Source: Tubulanus polymorphus (taxonomy: Eukaryota > Animalia > Nemertea). Taken from it: DNA of 64,000 nt. Positions 15,031 to 64,000 of this stretch are shown in pieces. Each line of letters opens with the position of its first letter. The first letter of the stretch is position 1. Location: positions 1,116,001 to 1,180,000 of the forward strand of contig NC_134029.1 in NCBI RefSeq assembly GCF_964204645.1. The letters run 5' to 3'. The position numbers and the translations under genes were made by a program. The notes beneath the pieces were generated by a model, which worked only from the letters and a program-made list of their open reading frames with translations, did not search any database and was not told the origin of the DNA.

Positions 15031-15626
15031 GCTACTTGATAATGTAATTTCTCGTCGAGAGATTGTCAAGAAAATTTACAGCCGAGTAAAGAAACTCCTT
15101 ATTGAACCTCTTAAACATATTCACACTTCAATCACGTTTTAGAAAAAGTAATTATAGTAGAAGGATCGTTCACTGGGTATTTCACAAATATCAAAGAATT
15201 TTAGCAAGTTTCACAAAAATGGACTCGAGCTATGAAAATAACCGCTGAAAATATCACCACAGTCATCTGACAGATTCAATCTTAGAATAGCTCCTTTTAG
15301 TTTCTCGCTTCAAGATTCAGAAAGAATGAACTCGGGTTGAAGCTGCGTTGAAGCTGCGTGAGGTAAAAAAATAAAACCTGAAGAGAATATTTCATTGTAT
15401 TGTCAGTTATTGCTGAAAGCGAAGAGAGATGAGAGAAAAACCATCTATTCATACTAAACAACAGACACTGGAACCAGGACACAACACTGCCTACAGTGTA
15501 CACAGAATCACATAGCACTCCCTACTTGTCTCATTAGAGAGAGGGAGAGGGGGGTTCTGTGACTCATACTCAGCAAACTACACTCTATCTACCTGTCAAC
15601 ATTCATTTGTAGATAAATACAGTATC

Positions 15627-16511
15627 CTTGAGAGTGATATCCGAGTTGGATGATACAGTAGACTCCGCTCAAGTCTGATCTTTTGACTTGAGAGTGATAT
15701 CTGAGTTGGATGATACAGTAGACTCCTCTCAAGTCTGATCTTTTGACTTGAGAATGATATCTGAGTTGGATGGTACAGTAGACTCCTCTCAAGTCTGATC
15801 TTTTGACTTGAGAGTGATATCTGAGTTGGATGGTACAGTAGACTCCTCTCAAGTCTGATCTTTTGACTTGAGAGTGATATCTGAGTTGGATGGTACAGTA
15901 GACTCCTCTCAAGTCTGATCTTTTGACTTGAGAGTGATATCTGGAGTTGGATGATACAGTAGACTCCGCTCAAGTCTGATCTTTTGACTTGAGAGTGATA
16001 TCTGAGTTGGATGGTACAGTAGACTCCGCTCAAGTCAGATCTTTTGACTTGAGAGTGATATCCGAGTTGGATGATACAGTAGACTCCGCTCAAGTCAGAT
16101 CTTTTGAATTGAGAGTGATATCTGAGTTGGATGATACAGTAGACTCCGCTCAAGTCTGATCTTTTGACTTGAGAGTGATATCTGAGTTGGATGGTACAGT
16201 AGACTCCGCTCAAGTCAGATCTTTTGACTTGAGAGTGATATCTGAGTTGGATGGTACAGTAGACTCCGCTCAAGTCAGATCTTTTGACTAGAGAGTGATA
16301 TCCGAGTTGGATGGTACAGTAGACTCCGCTCAAGTCTGATCTTCTGACTTGAGAGTGATATCCGAGTTGGATGGTACAGTAGACTCCGCTCAAGTCTGAT
16401 CTTTTGACTTGAGAGTGATATCTGGAGTTGGATGGTACAGTAGACTCCGCTCAAGTCTGATCTTTTGACTTGAGAGTGATATCTGGAGTTGGATAGGGGT
16501 ACAGTAGACTC
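15627..16511 (-). repeat. same 60-bp unit, inverted array, about 15 copies
   Basis: Reverse complement of the 12484-13377 unit. Confidence 0.97.
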
Positions 16512-17658
16512 TGCCGAATGAATACAGATTCTAACAAACAGTAAATGGTATTGTGTTTGTGTTGGTCTGTGGACTGTGGTTTAGATCTACGTGATATTTC
16601 ACGTCTGTACGAATGACAGGGGAATTTAATCAAAACCCCAGCAAGCACTCCGACCGACGATCATTTCTCCAACCACTCTCCGAGACAATCTTCCCCGTTA
16701 ATATACTAATGTAAAAAACAGATTCTCCGCCGAAGTTCTCTTTATTTGTGATCTGCGATGATTCTTGCGTCCGATGCTGACAGAACTCCACGGTAAATCC
16801 TCGACAGACTCCTCGACAATTATAATCAGCAATTCCTCATCAGTAAAGATTCACGGAATATCTGGGAATTTTGACTCTTTTCTTGAAAATTCAGAGAAAT
16901 TCATTGAATTTTTGGTGATTAGTGGCACGAAGAATCCTCTTGAGGAAAACAGTCAATCATGGACATTTAAAGGATTTAGGGTCGACTAATATATGAGGGA
17001 ATTTTGGATTCCTGCTCTATAAGAAACTCGAGTACAATGAACTACAGAAAGACATTTCATATAATGATGATATTGATAGAAATATACGAGATTAACACCA
17101 CATAGAAATATAGATATATTAATGAAAGGTGACACATGTATTTGGCTTTGAATCCCTGTGCAGTAGATTATTGAATAAGTACCCGTTAGTATAAGATTGA
17201 TATGAGAGTCAGAGCCAGTCCCAAATGCAAGTTATTGCCACTTATGAAGCTGCACTGACTATCACAAGTGTTTGGTGGTAATATTGTGTTTAGTCATTAT
17301 ATTCTTGTCATCGCTGACTTTTCCATCATCGGTTACAAGTTATACCGCTGGGACGAGTTTATCATTAACCCTCTCATTCCCGGTTACGCATCAGTATTCA
17401 TTATTCATCTATACAATATTCAAATATTACACAATGATATTCATTTACATTTTGCTCTAATTAAATTCAAAGTTGATATCATTTTTCTGCGCCAAATGAG
17501 TTTAAAAATCTGTACTTCGGATAATTCGAATATGAAATTAAGATTCCCATTTGGCAACGTCATTTACGAATAAATGTAACAAATGAAATTATCAATCATT
17601 AAATACGTTTTATGAAATATAATTCAAACATGTGACACATCAAAACCTAGATGTTTAA

Positions 17659-17946
17659 CTCTTTCAGTGCTGACTAATTAATACCTTATAGTGCTAGAGA
17701 AAATTTGAAAATTCTAAAAAATTCCACCCTAGTGTGTTGAACGATGGGAATACCACTATAGTGCGTCTACACCGCAGTGCGGTGTATCGTTAGTTACTAG
17801 TATTTCACTATGCTTGACACTTGCTGCCATTTTTCAATAGAGATAATTACTAATTACTAATTACATCAATACACCGCAGTGCAGTGTACTAGCAAAATCC
17901 ATCACTGATTTATACACCGCACTGCCGTGTAGACGCACTGAAAGGG
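17659..17946. mobile_element. piggyBac-type MITE with TTAA target duplication
   Basis: TTAA|ctctttcagtgc ... gcactgaaaggg|TTAA; an end fragment of the same family occurs at ~52990-53030. Confidence 0.8.
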
Positions 17947-18549
17947 TTAACAGGACTGTAAGAACAGGACTGCTATTGAAGTGGAGCTTCTAGGCAATAT
18001 CAGCCTGTTGTCCTCATTTGAACTTCAACTTTTTATTGCTTCATTTAAAATGCAATTACTCGTAGGAAATAACTTACGATGAAATATTTATAAAAATACA
18101 GGCACACAGACATATACAGATATGAAATATATGTCAACATATTTACACGAAGCCAAATGATAGTGAAATACCACAGAAGACTAAAAACTTTTGAGATGAG
18201 ATTGTTTGAATGTGTCAGTAAGATGTATGCAGTGTCCCCGGGTTTTTGGCGGTTGGTTATTTAGCTGAAATGTTTGCTGAACTGTTTTCACGCTTATGGC
18301 TTCTGAAATAACATTGTGTTCAGATAATAATAAATCTCAGATTATTGGTTACACGGTTATTTCAGCCTCAGGTGACGTATACTCCATACCTCTCCGACTA
18401 CGACTAACTGCAGCAACAAAACCTGACAACTAAACAAATAAATCCTGGCATCATTCTGTCTTTACTAACAGGGTTCCGGCAATTAACGATGTTTCACTGA
18501 ATCACCCTGTCACATACCGGTCATACACTGATTTCAGCTTCCTGAGTTT

Positions 18550-18770
18550 CATAGTCATAGTGTGGTCAGTGATGGCCATAGTGTGGTCAGTGATAGTCAT
18601 AGTGTGGTCAGTGATGGTCATAGTGTGGTCAGTTTTTAGTCATAGTGTGGTCAGTTATTGCCAAAGTGTGGTCAGTGATGGTCATAGTGTGGTCAGTGAT
18701 AGTCATAGTGTGGTCAGTTATTGCCATAGTGTGGTCAGTGATGGTCATAGTGTGGTCAGTGATAGTCATT
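18550..18770. repeat. 21-bp tandem repeat (gtcatagtgtggtcagtgatg)
   Basis: Direct. Confidence 0.9.
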
Positions 18771-19339
18771 GGTCATCTGGAAAAATCATAATAATGATAT
18801 AGATCTTTACTGATGAGAATTTTGAATCAATGCTGTAACTATAATATAGACAATCCTGCCCTGGATCTTTGGATTGCTTTTTTAGATTTTGGTTCCTTTT
18901 GTCTAAAATCAGTGATCGATCCGTTATTCTAAGAAAGTTTAAGAGGCACGAGGAACAAAACGTCTTTCTGTTGCGTATTGATAGACATGGAAAATACTTG
19001 GGAAAAAAAGTCTTTTGAAGTGTTTGAGGTGGTCATCATGTTTAATTCATTATCCGCTATTCAATAATGCATCCATTCGTCCATGTGTTGTTGGAAATCA
19101 AACAATGATAAACATTGTTTTCATAAATATAGCTGATATCAGTGGAGTTTAGGAGCTGTGATAATTAGAATGTTGATGATTGTATGACATGTGATCCTTT
19201 CACTGACATGCAAACATTCAATTAATCATCTATAACGTATGATGAATTATCAGTATATATGAATACATGGGTTACGTTTATATACGGGATTCAGAGATTT
19301 GTGGGAATATAAACAAGTTCTATTCAACACTGTATCCAC

Positions 19340-19635
19340 TGTCCTATCTAACCCTGACTGACTGGGCCTGTCTTATCAGACCCTGACTGACTAGACCTGT
19401 CCTTTCTAACCCTGACTGACTGGGCCTGTCCTATTACACCCTGACTGACTAGACCTGTCCTTTCTAACCCTGACTGACTGGGCCTGTCCTATTAGACCCT
19501 GACTGACTAGACCTGTCCTTTCTAACCCTGACTGACTGGGCCTGTCCTAACTGACCCAGACTGACTGGGCCTGTCCTATCTAACCCTGACTGACTGGGCC
19601 TGTCCTATCTGACCCTGACTGACTGGGCCTGTCCT
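19340..19635. repeat. 29-bp tandem repeat (accctgactgactgggcctgtcctatcta)
   Basis: Direct, about 10 units. Confidence 0.9.
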
Positions 19636-20733
19636 GGTTAGCGGTATAAATCCCCCACCTCTTCAGTAGATGCAATCTTATAGTCGATTCATTCATATTT
19701 TACTGAGGTATAAGATAAAGATATCATGAGCAAACAAGTGATTGTACAATTTCTGTTATAACATATTACAAATTGACAGTTATCGTGCAGATCTTCATCT
19801 ATCATTTGAATTTGATTGAAGTGAATGAATAGTAAAGGGTTAAAACGCTTCGGGTTCAAACTGGGTTCAAACTGATTTTTGATGGATAGATTTTAACTTC
19901 AAGTGTCAATCAGAGATAGATGAGACGATTGAGATCAGAGAATTGAGGTCTGCGGTCTGTTGTGTTCCACTCTGATTGAATATCATGTTGCTATTCTTCA
20001 AGCCCTCAGAGCGCCAGCCAGCGACTGCACACTGTCCAGAAATCAGTTGCAATCTAGCGACAATGATGTATATATGCGTATAATGATTGATTGTTGTTAT
20101 GTGTGGTTTTTGTCTGGTTTGATTTATAATATATTGGTCTCTACTGGTGAATCTGACTGGTACCACGCCAGCCAGCGCCGCGCCAGCCAGCACGCCAGCC
20201 AGCGCCGCGCCAGCCAGCACGCCAGCCTACTGGCGAGCGATGAACCAATACCGTCGCATTTTTGTCATGATAATACAGCAATCATAGGATATTTTTCAAT
20301 CATCAATCGCGTGACTGAGTTTGAGCGAGCGAGTGTCCGCACGCAGCCTGCAGCTATCTTTCTCTCTTCCTCTCTATTTCTCTTTCTCATGAATCTTGTC
20401 TTGTTTGTCGTTATAATGACATTGAAATTGCGTCATTATCTTGTCGAATTGTCACACAGAAATATCATCTTATTCTTACCATTAGTTCCCGATCTTTTTA
20501 TACGCCTTATTAGACTAATAGATTGTTTTTATGAACGTTCGGTCGTTGATACTGAACCTCACCTACACATCAATCTCTCAACTACACATTTATAAACTCA
20601 ATGTCTTCAATCGGAATAAGTAAATGATATAAAATGATAATCCTCACGATGCGCACAAAAAACTAAACCATCTAAAACGTGTAGACTTTGTATTAATGTT
20701 TTCTCATCTGTTTTTTTCTATGTTTATTTACAG

Positions 20734-63823
<43,090 letters not shown>

Positions 63824-64000
63824 GTGACAATAGTTGTGACATTTAGTTCCATTTTTACGTTATTCTGTTCTGAGTTTTATAGTCGTGTTCGTAGTTCATC
63901 CGCTGTAAGCACTGTTCATTTGTTTCCTTGAATCTCATCAGAAGCAATTTCAATTATTTGTGTTCTTGTTCTTCTACTTTCTGATCGTTATAATCTAGTT

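Noticed and set aside
12371-16393. Long ORFs, or a CRISPR-like array, in the 60-bp and 43-bp repeats
   Set aside because: Head-to-tail units with no unique spacers, no cas genes, eukaryotic intron
19960-20595. 211-aa ORF or possible internal promoter before exon 20734
   Set aside because: Non-ATG start, no recognisable protein and no convincing donor; promoter idea unsupported without data

Overview
AT-rich, intron-rich eukaryotic DNA from an invertebrate bilaterian (probably a spiralian; this is an inference). The window holds the internal part of one + strand gene, unc-13/Munc13 (synaptic vesicle priming factor). I reconstructed it by hand from GT-AG boundaries and reading-frame phase. It runs from the second half of the C2A domain (20734) through a disordered region and the calmodulin-binding helix (~30280-30330), then C1 (49730-49949), C2B (51324-58420) and most of the MUN domain, and continues past 64000. 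I found no first C2A exons in 1-20733, so that stretch appears to be one large intron full of minisatellites, microsatellites and MITEs; nearly all long ORFs in the track there are repeat artefacts. Notable features: (1) a 21-copy 51-bp minisatellite that multiplies a real splice acceptor plus exon start, where only the last copy is productive; (2) two pairs of duplicated, frame-incompatible (mutually exclusive) exons that alter the C1-C2B linker and the Ca2+/lipid-binding loop 3 of C2B; (3) three candidate alternative first coding exons, one beginning with an N-myristoylation consensus (MGSFFS); (4) a cassette exon with a second CaM-like motif and two microexons; (5) inverted 60-bp satellite arrays and two Penelope-type minimal hammerhead motifs in introns. 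All splice calls come from sequence only and need RNA-seq.
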